From NCBI GenBank assembly GCA_963768475.1, contig CAVYHY010000004.1, positions 374,400 to 438,399 of the forward strand: DNA of 64,000 nt. The letters are read 5' to 3'. The notes beneath the pieces are model-generated. The model had not been told where the DNA came from. It did not search any database and was given only the letters and a program-made list of their open reading frames with translations. The first letter of the stretch is position 1; each line of letters opens with the position of its first letter. The stretch is from an uncultured Actinomycetota bacterium. Its GTDB lineage: Bacteria; Actinomycetota; Actinomycetes; Actinomycetales; Demequinaceae. The translations under genes and the position numbers were made by a program. Shown here piece by piece: positions 19,537 through 29,965 of this stretch.

Positions 19537-20513
19537 GCACGGGGATCTCGAACGCGAACGAGAGACGCCTGGTCCTTCTATCGGGCCGTGCCCACCTGGA
19601 TCTCGCGAGCCAAGTGGCCGAGGCGCTCGGCACGGAGATCCTGCCGACCGACGCCTACTCCTTCGCCAACGGCGAGCTGTACATCCGTTTCGGCGAGAGC
19701 GTTCGCGGTGCCGACGCCTTCGTGCTCCAGTCGCACGCGACGCCCATCAACAAGTCGATCATGGAGCAACTCATCATGGTCGACGCCCTCAAGCGCGCGT
19801 CGGCCGCCCGCATCACCGTCGTCGCGCCGTGCTACGGGTACGCGCGCCAGGACAAGAAGCACCGCGGCCGCGAGCCCATCTCCGCCCGCCTCATGGCGGA
19901 CCTGTTCAAGACGGCGGGCGCCCACCGCATCATGGCCGTCGACCTTCACACGGCCCAGATTCAGGGCTTCTTCGACGGCCCCGTCGACCACCTCTGGGCG
20001 ATGCCGCTCCTGGCCCAATACGTTCGGACCCGCGTCGCGCCCGACAACCTCACCGTCGTCTCGCCCGACGCGGGCCGCGTGCGTCTCGCCGACCAGTGGT
20101 CGGACTTCCTCGGCGCGCCGCTCGCGATCATCCACAAGCGCCGCGACCCCTCCGTCCCCAACCAGGTGCGGGTCCACGAGCTGGTCGGTGAGGTCGCTGG
20201 CCGTACCTGCGTGATCGTCGACGACATGATCGATACCGGCGGGACCATCGTCCAGGCCGCCGAGGCACTGTTCGAGAACGAGGCGAAGGAAGTCATCGTC
20301 GCCGCCACCCACGGGTTGCTCTCGGGTCCGGCCGTCGAGCGACTCCGGGACTCGCGCATCACCGAGGTCATCGTGACGGACACGCTTCCGATCCCCGACG
20401 AGAAGCGTTTCGACGGACTGACCGTCCTGCCGATCGCGCCGCTGATCGCCCGCGCGGTCCGCGAGGTGTTCGACGACGGCTCGGTCACGAGCCTGTTCGC
20501 CGGGAACTCCTAG
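19533..20513 (+). CDS. prs: Ribose-phosphate pyrophosphokinase
   Basis: ATG 19533 overlaps the glmU stop (ATGA). VVAPCYGYARQDKK, MAVDLHTAQIQGFF and CVIVDDMIDTGGT. Confidence 0.93.
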   Translation: MSTGISNANERRLVLLSGRAHLDLASQVAEALGTEILPTDAYSFANGELYIRFGESVRGADAFVLQSHATPINKSIMEQLIMVDALKRASAARITVVAPCYGYARQDKKHRGREPISARLMADLFKTAGAHRIMAVDLHTAQIQGFFDGPVDHLWAMPLLAQYVRTRVAPDNLTVVSPDAGRVRLADQWSDFLGAPLAIIHKRRDPSVPNQVRVHELVGEVAGRTCVIVDDMIDTGGTIVQAAEALFENEAKEVIVAATHGLLSGPAVERLRDSRITEVIVTDTLPIPDEKRFDGLTVLPIAPLIARAVREVFDDGSVTSLFAGNS

Positions 20514-20532
20514 CCGCGATCCGCCTCGGGGC

Positions 20533-21928
20533 CTAGGAGCACTCGTACACGCTGTAGTAGGCAGACCCTCGGACGACGAGATCCCACGCGCCGTTGGGTT
20601 CCTGGTAGGCGAGGAGAGCGTTGTCCGCGAGGAAGTCCTCGTAGGTCTCGTAGGTGTACGGCGGGACCGTCTCCGCGCCGACGCGCCTGTCGGACACCCA
20701 AGGGCGGAAGTTCGACCACGGCCCGGTGTTGTTCCACCCTTCGTCCGTCGACTTGTCGCGCATGCGCGTATAGACCCGCAGGGCGACGGGGTTCCCGCCC
20801 GCGACCGGCGCGTACATGGCGACGCCATCGGAAGTGGTGCCCGCCAGAACCCAGTCGCCGTCGATGTGGTTCAACTCGCGGGTGAATTGCGTCGCGTCCC
20901 AGCAGGTGTCGCCTGCCGCGGGCCCGAGCGAGCGCCACGATGCACCGTCGGCGTTCGTCGGCGCGTGGCCGGTGCGCCACGTGATCGACCCGAAGTCACC
21001 GGCGGGCGGCCGGACCACATACGTGGTGAGCAGCGTGTCGTACGGGGTCCTGACGAAGTACCGCCCGTTGACCAGCCCGGTCACCTGGGACGGCCATTCC
21101 AGGCGAACGAGATCGACGGGGCCGATGCTGGCGATCTCGGTGAGCCCGGCGTCCACGAGGTCGGCCGATTCGGAGTTGCCGAACGCCCGCTCCCACGGGA
21201 GGGGTGACCCCGGGAAGGCGAACTGGCACTGGTTGGTCCAGTCGGCCCACAGGTGAAGAGAGACGGTGGTGTGGGAATCGATGGTCAGTGTCGCGGGGTA
21301 GGACAGCGAGTCGTAGAACACGGTGGGATCCGCGGCAAACGGGTAGAAGTCGAGCCACCACGAGTAAGTGTCCGAGCACGAGCCCATGACCTCCCACGGA
21401 GCGGTGATGAGCACGGCAACGCCGTCCCGCATCTCGAAGTAGCCGTCCCAGAGACCCAGCCACCCAAGCGCCCCGGGAGAGTCGTAGTAGGCGACCGGCT
21501 CCGAGTAGCTGGCGACGACGACGATGTCGTAGCCGTCGCGCTCTCCGATGCTGAAGTAGCGCTGCGCCTGCAAACCCTCGGCGTACGAGGAGAAGGCGGT
21601 CGGCGTACTCGGGTCGCTCGACGGGCTCGTGCCACGTCTCGCCCGTGCGGGGGTTGGCCATGCGAGCGAGCGCGGTCGCGTCGTCGATGGAGGCTCCTCG
21701 TGCGATGGCGAATGGCTCGTGCGTCGCGGAAGGCGCGGCTGAGGGGGAGGCGCTCGGCGTCAGCGACGGCGACGGCGACGACGCTATCGAGCCCGAGGGG
21801 GACGGGTCGGGAGACGCTCCGCCGCCGAGCAGGCCCCAATGGAGTGCCGCGGCGAACACGAGGACCGCTGCCGCGCAGACGCCCGCCGCCGCCCACGCGC
21901 CGGTCTTGCTCAGCCGAATCCCACCCAT
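20533..21928 (-). pseudogene. Secreted/membrane-anchored protein of unknown function, paralog of 21975-23177, with one apparent frameshift near 21601
   Basis: The N-terminus (TM anchor, Ser/Pro-rich linker, DDATALARMANPRTGETWHEP) is in the frame of ORF 20996-21928. The rest is in ORF 20533-21573. Removing one base around 21601 gives ...PEYA-TAFSSYAEGLQAQRYF, colinear with the paralog. Confidence 0.7.
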
Positions 21929-21974
21929 GGCGCGACGCTAGCAGAGGTCGCGAGCGGTCCGCGCGGTGAGAGAG

Positions 21975-23177
21975 CTAGCACCACGCTCGGCCGGAGTACG
22001 TCCCGTTGAGGTAGACGAGCCAGTCGTTCGTTCCGGGAACGACGTACCCGATGAACGCGGGGGCGCCGAGGAAGGCCTCGAAATCGTCGGAGGGCTGGCC
22101 GTTCGCGTTCCTGCTCGCGACGTACGCGTCGTACAGCGGCTCCGCAAGCGGGTTCGTCGCGGTCGGAACGTACACGTTGGCGCCGAGGTGCGTCGTCCCT
22201 CCGATCCTCCACTCGCTGTCCAGGATTCCGCTCACCAGCGTGTTGTGGTCCTTCTCCCACGCTCCACACGAGATGTCGTTGAGGTCCGCGATGTACGAGT
22301 AGTCGTCGGTGGTGAAGGTGGTCGGGACGGTCCACGAGATGTCGGTCAGGCTCGCGAACGGTCGATAGAACAGTGGGATGTACATGCCGTACGGCGTGTG
22401 GAGCATGTAATACAGATCCTTGTACGTGGCGCCGGCCGGCTCGGGGACGCCGTAGTACTCGGTCCAGACGAAGGTCACCGGCGTCGTGTAGCGGATGATC
22501 GAATAGCCGCCGAGCGAATCGACCGTCGTCCCCGTGGGCTGGTTCACGACGCTGTAGCCCGGGTTGGCGACGCCGCCGCGGTCGTTGACGTTCACCTCGA
22601 GAATCTCGCCCGTGGGGAGCGTGAACTGGCGCGGGAGTGTCATGGAGTCGTAGTAGATCGTCTCGTTGAGGGGAACGTCGGGGAAGCCGTAGGTGACGCC
22701 CACGCCCCCGGTGACGGGCTCGCTTGCCGACGGCGCGCCTATCCACTGCCACGAGCCATCCGGCGCGCGCTCAAAGATCTCTTGGATGTTGTCGTCCGTG
22801 AAGGCGACGATGGTGTTGCCCGCGCGGGTTCCGAGCTCGAACCAGTGGATCGAGGGGTCACCGAGGTACGAATCGCCGGCAGCCCAACTCGGGGCGGCGA
22901 TGGCGCGAGGCGAGGCGAACCAGGACTCGCCCGTCGTCGGGTTGGCGAGGCGAGCGAGCGCCTCCGCGTCGGTCATGCCGGCGTTGCGGCCCGTGAAGAT
23001 CGAGGACGACGCGCTCGCGGATGGCGTAGCTGACGTCGTGGGCGATACGGACGGCTGCGCCACGGGGGTGGTGGAGGGCGAATCGCTCGGCGACGGATTC
23101 GATGCGCACGCGGCAGTGCCCACAAGCGTCGCGACGACGATCGTGGATACGGTGACGCGGACGAATCGTGCCCCCAT
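21975..23177 (-). CDS. Lipoprotein of unknown function (paralog of 20533-21928)
   Basis: 400 aa. Lipobox LVGTAAC, Ser/Pro/Thr-rich linker, conserved TDAEALARLANPTTGESW, Trp/Tyr-rich body ending in ...YSGRAWC. Shared blocks with the neighbour (YYDS, NPLA/NPVA, FEAFL/YEDFL, terminal Cys). Confidence 0.8.
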   Translation of the reverse strand: MGARFVRVTVSTIVVATLVGTAACASNPSPSDSPSTTPVAQPSVSPTTSATPSASASSSIFTGRNAGMTDAEALARLANPTTGESWFASPRAIAAPSWAAGDSYLGDPSIHWFELGTRAGNTIVAFTDDNIQEIFERAPDGSWQWIGAPSASEPVTGGVGVTYGFPDVPLNETIYYDSMTLPRQFTLPTGEILEVNVNDRGGVANPGYSVVNQPTGTTVDSLGGYSIIRYTTPVTFVWTEYYGVPEPAGATYKDLYYMLHTPYGMYIPLFYRPFASLTDISWTVPTTFTTDDYSYIADLNDISCGAWEKDHNTLVSGILDSEWRIGGTTHLGANVYVPTATNPLAEPLYDAYVASRNANGQPSDDFEAFLGAPAFIGYVVPGTNDWLVYLNGTYSGRAWC

Positions 23178-23350
23178 GGCAGGTATTCCTCTCCCTGTCG
23201 CATTCTAGTGATTCGCGCGGCGGTTCGGCGCCCGGTAGACTCTTTTCGTTCCACGGCGAGGGAGTGCCCCGGCCTCCGTCATCGACGCGGCAGGTACGCC
23301 GCTCTTCCCCGCCCGGACCCGCGACCTGACCGCTACCGAGGAGACCACCG

Positions 23351-24013
23351 ATGTCCGACGCCCTCACACTCGACGCCGAAATGCGCACCGAATTCGGCAA
23401 GGGTGCGTCGCGCCGCGCCCGCGCTGCCGGCCACATTCCCGCCGTTCTTTACGGCCACGGCGCCGATCCCGTGCACGTGTTGCTGCCTGGGCACAAGACG
23501 ATGATGGCTCTCAAGCACGCGAATGCGCTGCTGACTATCGTCGTGGACAAGGACGAGAAGCTCGCGATCGCCAAGGACGTTCAGCGCGATCCCGTACGCC
23601 AGATCGTTGAGCACGTGGACCTGCTCGTGGTCCGCAAGGGCGAGAAGCTAACGGTCGACGTCCCGATTCACCTCGTGGGCGACTCGATCTCCGGAACCAT
23701 CGCGATGCTCGAGCACAACCACCTGTCGATTCTCGCCGAGGCGACCCACCTGCCCGAGGGGATCGAGGTCTCGATCGAGGGTCTCGCGGATGGCGCGCGG
23801 ATCCTTGCGCGCGAGGTCGCCCTGCCTGAGGGTTCGGAGCTCATCACGGATCCCGAGGCGACGGTCGTTGCCATCACCATCCCGCGCCAGGCCACGCTCG
23901 AGGAAGAGACGGCGGAGACGGCCGAGGGCGAGGTTCTCGAGGGCGACGAGGCTGCCGAGGGCGAGGCCGACGCCTCCACCGACGGCGAGTCGGACGCCTC
24001 CGACTCGGAGTAG
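23351..24013 (+). CDS. rplY: 50S ribosomal protein L25 / general stress protein Ctc
   Basis: TEFGKGASRRARAAGHIPAVLYGHG, VQRDPVRQIVEHVDL and an acidic C-terminal tail. Confidence 0.92.
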   Translation: MSDALTLDAEMRTEFGKGASRRARAAGHIPAVLYGHGADPVHVLLPGHKTMMALKHANALLTIVVDKDEKLAIAKDVQRDPVRQIVEHVDLLVVRKGEKLTVDVPIHLVGDSISGTIAMLEHNHLSILAEATHLPEGIEVSIEGLADGARILAREVALPEGSELITDPEATVVAITIPRQATLEEETAETAEGEVLEGDEAAEGEADASTDGESDASDSE

Positions 24014-24028
24014 CGGAGAGAGGGCGCC

Positions 24029-24616
24029 GTGCCGACGCTCGTTGTTGGCCTGGGCAATCCGGGGTCCGAGTACCTCGGCACGCGCCATAACTTCGGTCAC
24101 ATGGTCGTGGCGGAGCTCGCGCGCCGCTATGGCGCGACGCTCTCCGCCCACAAGGGCCACGCGAAGGTTGCCTCGATCCGACTCGCGGGAAGCGACGGCG
24201 GTCCCGGCCCCGTGGCCGTGCTCGCCGTGCCGATGTCCTACATGAACCTCAGCGGTGGTCCGGTCGCCGCGCTCGCGCGATACTTCGACATCGACGTGCG
24301 CGACGTGATCGTCGTGCACGATGACATCGACCTTTCGTTCGGGACCGTCAAGCTCAAGCGCGGTGGCGGCGAGGGTGGGCACAACGGACTCAAGGACATC
24401 ACCAAGGCGCTGGGGACCAAGGACTACGTCCGGGTCCGCGGGGGCGTCGGGAGGCCGACGGGTCGTTCGGATGCCGCGGACCACGTCCTGAGGAAGTTCA
24501 GCGCGGTGGAGCGCAAGGAGTTGCCGTGGTTCGTCGACGTTGCCGCCGACGGCGTGGAGGCGATTCTCCAGACGGGTCTCGAGGCGGCGCAACAGCGCTT
24601 CCACTCGTCCGACTAG
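24029..24616 (+). CDS. pth: Peptidyl-tRNA hydrolase
   Basis: GTG start. LVVGLGNPGSEYLGTRHNFGHMV, YMNLSG and GGGEGGHNGLKD. Confidence 0.93.
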   Translation: MPTLVVGLGNPGSEYLGTRHNFGHMVVAELARRYGATLSAHKGHAKVASIRLAGSDGGPGPVAVLAVPMSYMNLSGGPVAALARYFDIDVRDVIVVHDDIDLSFGTVKLKRGGGEGGHNGLKDITKALGTKDYVRVRGGVGRPTGRSDAADHVLRKFSAVERKELPWFVDVAADGVEAILQTGLEAAQQRFHSSD

Positions 24617-24713
24617 CGGATGCGAGCGACGGTGGCGTCCCACCTCGCGACGGGTGCCTTCAATAGGATGGGCCCGGACAGACATAGCGGCTGAGGGATT
24701 CGCGAGGTTCGGC

Positions 24714-25739
24714 GTGACGGCGACAGGCGGCGGTAAGCCAAGCATGCGTCAGGTGGCGCTTCTTGCTGGCGTGTCGCACCAGACGGTCTCCCGCGTTATC
24801 AACGGTCATCCCAACATCAGCAACGCGACGCGCGAGAGGGTTCTCGAGGTTATCGAGACGCTCAACTACCGTCCCAACCGGGCCGCGCGCGCCCTTGCCT
24901 CGCGCCGCTCGAATCTCATCGGCGTCCTGGTCGACAGCGCCTCGCAGTACGGGCCGAACAGCACGCTGCGGGCCGTCGAGGATGTCGCCCGCCGGACGGG
25001 CTTCTCTGTCAGCTCGATCACGGTGTCCGAGGATCGCGCCATCAGCGCGCACGAGGCCGTCGAGCACCTCATGGACCAGGGGATCGACGCGCTGTGCGTC
25101 ATCGCGCCACGGTCGTCGTCCGTTGACCTGTTGCGGGAGGTCTCGAGCGGACTGCCGACGCTGGTCGTCAAGGCGGAGCCCGACGAGAGTTTCTTCACGG
25201 TCTCGGTGGATCAACGCCTGGGCGCGAAGCTTGCCGTGGCTCACCTCATCGAACTCGGACACCGCGAGATCCTCCACGTCGCCGGTCCGCTCGACTGGCT
25301 GGATGCCCGTGGACGCGAGTACGGGTGGAGGGAGCAGATGCTTGAGGCGAACCTTCCGACGCGCGAGCCGGTATTGGGCGACTGGACGGCGGATTTCGGA
25401 TACTCCTTCGGCCGGTCGTGCGGATCGGCTCCCGACTTCACCGCCGTCTTCGCGGCGAACGACCAGATGGCGCTCGGGATTCTTCACGGCTTCGCGGCGT
25501 CTGGCGTACGCGTGCCAGAGGACGTGAGCGTTGTCGGGTTCGATGACATCCCCGAGTCGCGGCACTTCCTCCCCCCGCTGACGACCATCCGCCAGGACTT
25601 CCAGGCCGTCGGTCGGCGCAGTATCGAGAACCTGTTGGCGACGGTGCAGGGGCGCGAGGCACCGCGGTGGTCGCTCATTCCTCCCGAACTGATCGTGCGC
25701 GAGTCGACGGGCCCTGCTCGCAAGGTACGCGCCGCGTGA
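24714..25739 (+). CDS. LacI-family transcriptional regulator (AraR-like by context)
   Basis: HTH MRQVALLAGVSHQTVSRVINGHPNISNATRERVLEVIETLNYRPNRAARAL, then a PBP-type sensor. Start is either GTG 24714 or ATG 24744. Directly upstream of araBDA. Confidence 0.85.
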   Translation: MTATGGGKPSMRQVALLAGVSHQTVSRVINGHPNISNATRERVLEVIETLNYRPNRAARALASRRSNLIGVLVDSASQYGPNSTLRAVEDVARRTGFSVSSITVSEDRAISAHEAVEHLMDQGIDALCVIAPRSSSVDLLREVSSGLPTLVVKAEPDESFFTVSVDQRLGAKLAVAHLIELGHREILHVAGPLDWLDARGREYGWREQMLEANLPTREPVLGDWTADFGYSFGRSCGSAPDFTAVFAANDQMALGILHGFAASGVRVPEDVSVVGFDDIPESRHFLPPLTTIRQDFQAVGRRSIENLLATVQGREAPRWSLIPPELIVRESTGPARKVRAA

Positions 25740-25767
25740 CCCCGCGCGGGGGCTTGCACCGTAGGGA

Positions 25768-25783
25768 GTGTGAACGGTAACAT
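25768..25783. promoter_or_regulatory. Candidate LacI-type operator GTGTGAACGGTAACAT upstream of araB
   Basis: Imperfect palindrome with the TGT-A-CG-T-ACA core typical of LacI-family operators. About 105 nt upstream of the araB start. A second GTGAACGG copy lies at about 25853. Confidence 0.3.
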
Positions 25784-25887
25784 CCCGACAGGGATTCGCC
25801 CGAAAGCGCCCGTTGACGGATGCGCGACGGGTGGAGTTCCGACCGCAAGGCCGCGTGAACGGCGAAGGAATGCAAGGAGGCTCAGCC

Positions 25888-27564
25888 GTGGGTTCACCGT
25901 CGAACGAACTGTCGGATCGCTACGTGATCGGCGTCGACTACGGCACTCTGTCGGGCCGCGCGCTCGTCGTACGCGTGAGCGACGGAGCCGAGGTCGGCAC
26001 CGCCGTACACGAGTACGAGCACGCGGTCATGGACACGACGCTCGCGGCTACCGGCGACGCGCTTCCGCCCGAATGGGCGTTGCAGGACCCCAACGACTAC
26101 CGCGAGGTGCTCCGGCGCGCGGTTCCCGAGGCCATTAAGGACGCGGGTATCGATCCGTCGCAGGTGATCGGAATCGCCACGGACTTCACCGCGTCGAGCC
26201 CGCTGCCCGCCCTAGCCGACGGCACGCCCATCTGCGAGGTCGACGGGTTCCGCGACCACCCTCACGCCTATGTCAAGCTCTGGAAGCACCACGCCGGGCA
26301 GCCGCAGGCGGACCGCATCAACGCGGTTGCCCGCGAACTCGGCGAATCCTGGTTGCCGCGATACGGGGGATTCATCTCCTCCGAATGGGAGTACGCGAAG
26401 GCGCTTCAGGTGCTGGAGGAGGACCCCGAGGTCTTCGCGGCCATGGACCACTGGATTGAGGCCGCCGACTGGATCATTTGGCAACTCGGCGGCTCGTACG
26501 TCAGGAACGCCTGCACGGCCGGATACAAGGGGATCCTTCAGGACGACGCCTACCCCGACGAGACGTTCGAGGCGGCTCTCAACCCCGCGTTCAAGGGATT
26601 CGCCGCCGCCAAACTCGCCCAGCCCATCGGCCAATTAGGCGAACGCGCCGGGGCGCTCACGGCTGAGGCCGCCGCGTGGACCGGCCTGCCAGAGGGCATC
26701 GCGGTGGCCGTCGGTAACGTCGACGCGCACGTGACGGCTCCCGCCGCGAAGGCCGTGAAGCCGGGCCAGATGCTCGCCATCATGGGCACTTCGACCTGCC
26801 ACGTCATGAACGGTTCGTCGCTCGCCGAGGTGCCGGGGATGTGCGGCGTCGTCGACGGCGGAATCATGGCGGGCTTCTACGGCTACGAGGCCGGGCAGTC
26901 CGGCGTCGGGGACATCTTCGCGTGGTACGTGAAGAACCAGGTTCCCGGCCGGTACTTCGACGAGGCGGAGAAGGCGGGAAAGTCCGTCCACCAGTACCTC
27001 ACCGATCTTGCGTTCGAAGAACCGGTGGGCGCGCACGGCCTCGTCGCGCTCGACTGGCACAACGGCAACCGTTCCGTCCTCGTCGACACCAACCTGTCCG
27101 GCATCATCGTGGGCCAGACGCTCGCGACCCGCGCGGAGCAGGGCTACCGCGCCCTGCTCGAGTCGACAGCGTTCGGCACGCGGACCATCGTCGAGACGTT
27201 CAAGGCGTCCGGAGTCCCTGTGACGGAATTCATCGTCGCGGGCGGCCTGCTCAAGAACACGCTCCTGATGCAGATGTACGCCGACGTGTTGCGCCTGCCG
27301 CTGTCGACCATCGACTCCGATCAGGGCCCGGCCCTGGGAAGCGCCATCCACGCGGCCGTCGCTGCGGGCGCGTACGCAAGCGTCGCCGAGGCGGGTGAGG
27401 CGATGGGGCGCGTCGTGCGCGGCGCGTACCAGCCGAACCCCGAGGCCGCCGACGTATACGACCGGCTCTTCGCCGAATACACGCTGGTTCACGACTATTT
27501 TGGACGTGGAGCCAACGACGTAATGAAGCGGCTCAAAGCCCTTCGAAACGAGGTTCGTTCATGA
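25888..27564 (+). CDS. araB: Ribulokinase
   Basis: Start chosen at GTG 25888, 7 nt after a perfect RBS aaggagg (25874-25880). YVIGVDYGTLSGRALVV, KLWKHHAGQPQADRIN and FISSEWEYAK are AraB-like. Confidence 0.9.
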   Translation: MGSPSNELSDRYVIGVDYGTLSGRALVVRVSDGAEVGTAVHEYEHAVMDTTLAATGDALPPEWALQDPNDYREVLRRAVPEAIKDAGIDPSQVIGIATDFTASSPLPALADGTPICEVDGFRDHPHAYVKLWKHHAGQPQADRINAVARELGESWLPRYGGFISSEWEYAKALQVLEEDPEVFAAMDHWIEAADWIIWQLGGSYVRNACTAGYKGILQDDAYPDETFEAALNPAFKGFAAAKLAQPIGQLGERAGALTAEAAAWTGLPEGIAVAVGNVDAHVTAPAAKAVKPGQMLAIMGTSTCHVMNGSSLAEVPGMCGVVDGGIMAGFYGYEAGQSGVGDIFAWYVKNQVPGRYFDEAEKAGKSVHQYLTDLAFEEPVGAHGLVALDWHNGNRSVLVDTNLSGIIVGQTLATRAEQGYRALLESTAFGTRTIVETFKASGVPVTEFIVAGGLLKNTLLMQMYADVLRLPLSTIDSDQGPALGSAIHAAVAAGAYASVAEAGEAMGRVVRGAYQPNPEAADVYDRLFAEYTLVHDYFGRGANDVMKRLKALRNEVRS

Positions 27565-28262
27565 CGATTGACGTTGCGGCCGTAGAGAAGGCCATCGCCG
27601 GGCTCCGCCAACAGGTCAGCGACCTGCATGCGGAACTCACGCGATACCAGCTGGTGGTGTGGACGAGCGGGAACGTGTCCGGCAGGGTCCCCGGGCACGA
27701 CCTGTTCGTCATCAAGCCTTCCGGCGTGAGCTACGACGAGCTAGCCCCCGAGAACATGGTGCTATGTGACCTCGATGGGAACGTCATCGAGGGCAGCATC
27801 GGTTCCGAGCGCTCGCCGAGTTCCGACACGGCCGCACACGCGTATGTGTACAAGAACATGCCCGAGGTCGGCGGCGTTGTGCACACCCACTCCGACTACG
27901 CGACCGCCTGGGCAGCGCGAGGCGAGGCCATCCCGTGTGTCATCACCGCGATGGCAGACGAATTCGGAGGCGAGATCCCCGTCGGCCCGTTCGCGATCAT
28001 CGGCGACGACTCAATCGGCCGCGGCATTGTCGCCACGCTCGCGGGTCACCGATCGCGCGCGCTGCTCATGCAGAATCACGGCGTCTTCACCATCGGCAAG
28101 GACGCGAAGGACGCCGTGAAGGCCGCCGTCATGTGCGAGGACGTCGCCCGCACGGTTCACATTGCGCGTCAGCTGGGCGAACCGATCCCGATCCCCCAGG
28201 ACAAGATCGATGCACTTTTCGATCGTTACCAGAACGTCTACGGACAGGCCCCAAAGGAGTAG
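27561..28262 (+). CDS. araD: L-ribulose-5-phosphate 4-epimerase
   Basis: WTSGNVSGRV, FVIKPSGVSYDEL, SSDTAAHAYVY, VVHTHS and MQNHGVFTIG. Confidence 0.92.
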   Translation: MTIDVAAVEKAIAGLRQQVSDLHAELTRYQLVVWTSGNVSGRVPGHDLFVIKPSGVSYDELAPENMVLCDLDGNVIEGSIGSERSPSSDTAAHAYVYKNMPEVGGVVHTHSDYATAWAARGEAIPCVITAMADEFGGEIPVGPFAIIGDDSIGRGIVATLAGHRSRALLMQNHGVFTIGKDAKDAVKAAVMCEDVARTVHIARQLGEPIPIPQDKIDALFDRYQNVYGQAPKE

Positions 28263-28265
28263 CTC

Positions 28266-29791
28266 GTGTCGAACAGAAGCGTTTTGCCCAACCTCGACGA
28301 GTTCGAGATCTGGTTCGCGACCGGTAGCCAGGACCTCTACGGTCCGGAGACGCTCGCCCAGGTGGCCGAGCAGTCCAAGGCTGTCGTCGAGCTCCTCAAC
28401 GCGTCGAGCGACATCCCCGTCACGATCGTATGGAAGCCGGTGCTGAAGAGCTCCGACGCCATTCGCCGGTTCTTTCTCGACGCGAACTCCGCTGACAACG
28501 TCCTCGGCGTCGTGGCGTGGATGCACACGTTCAGCCCGTCGAAGATGTGGATCGCGGGCCTGAGCGCCAACGACAAGCCGATGCTGCACCTGCACACGCA
28601 GGCGAACGTCGAGCTGCCGTGGGACGAGATCGACATGGACTTCATGAACCTCAACCAGGCCGCGCACGGCGACCGCGAACACGGATATATCGAGTCGCGC
28701 ATGGGCCTTCCCCGCACGACGGTCGTGGGCCACGCCTCCGACCCCGCCACGCAGACAGGGCGTCGGGACGTGGGTAGCGGGCCGCGCTCGGCCGCTGGGC
28801 TACCCGTTCGATGAAGGTGGCGCGTTTCGGCGACAACATGCGCTACGTCGCCGTCACCGAGGGCGACAAGACCGAGGCGGAGATCCGGCTTGGCGTTCAG
28901 GTCAACACGTGGCCCATCAACGAACTTGCGGACGCCGTCCACGCGGTTTCCGACGCGGAGGCGGCTGCGCTCGTCGAGGAGTACGTCGCCGAATACGACG
29001 TCGCCGACGAGCTCAAGCCTGGTGGTGCCCGCGCGGACTCGCTCCTGTACGGCGCCAAGACCGAGATCGGGCTCAGGAACTTCCTCGAAGCCGGAGGCTT
29101 CACCGCGTTCACGGACTCGTTCGAGGACCTCGGCGAGTTGAAGCAGCTCCCGGGACTCGCGGTCCAGCGCCTCATGGCCGACGGTTACGGCTTCGGAGCT
29201 GAGGGTGACTGGAAGACCGCGGTTCTTGTTCGGGCCGCCGCCGTCATGGGCTCGGGTCTCCCTGGCGGCGCGAGCCTCATGGAGGACTACACCTACAACC
29301 TGGTGCCAGGCAAGGAACTGATTCTTGGCGCCCACATGCTCGAGGTGAGCCCCTCCCTCTCGTCCACGAAGGCGAAGCTCGTCATCGCCCCGCTCGGGAT
29401 CGGCGGCAAGGAGGACCCGGTTCGTCTGGTCTTTTCCGCCGACGCCGGCCCGGCGATCGTCGTGGCGCTGAGCGACCAGCGGGAGCGTTTCCGCCTCGTC
29501 GCGAACGTCGTCGACAACGTCGCGCTACCGAAGCCGATGCCGAAGCTGCCCGTTGGGCACGCGGTCTGGCAGCCCCGTCCCGACTTCCGTACCTCCGCGA
29601 CGTGCTGGCTGATGGCAGGCGCCGCGCACCACACGGTGATGTCGAACCAGATTGGCCTCGACGTCATCCGCGAGTTCGCCCGTCTGTCCCGCGTTGAATT
29701 GCTCGCCATCGACGAATCGACCACGGTCGTCGCGTTCGAGAACGAGTTGCGCGCAGGCGCCGCGTACTACCGATTGGCGCAGTCGCTCTAG
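28266..29791 (+). pseudogene. araA: L-arabinose isomerase, reading frame broken around 28760-28810
   Basis: N-terminal 182-aa ORF ([38 protein letters not shown]) and C-terminal 326-aa ORF ([30 protein letters not shown]) are in different frames. The expected ...VGTW..RAAL... linker is readable only by dropping one base near 28760 and one near 28778. Confidence 0.85.
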
Positions 29792-29815
29792 AGGCTTTCT
29801 GGCTGTTCTGCCTGA

Positions 29816-29852
29816 CCCCGGGGGGCCGTCTTGTACGTGCGGCCCCCCGGGG
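29816..29852 (+). terminator. Rho-independent terminator after araA
   Basis: Perfect 13-bp stem ccccggggggccg(29816-29828)/cggccccccgggg(29840-29852) with an 11-nt loop, followed by cccttctttgt. Confidence 0.75.
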
Positions 29853-29965
29853 CCCTTCTTTGTCGCGACCCGGGTTAGCCTTGGGGGTGCCGGCTTGCGC
29901 CGGACCCGTCGTCGCGCCCGCGTGCTGGCGACGAGCCGTGCGGTCGGCGAGGAAGGGAGCGTAGC

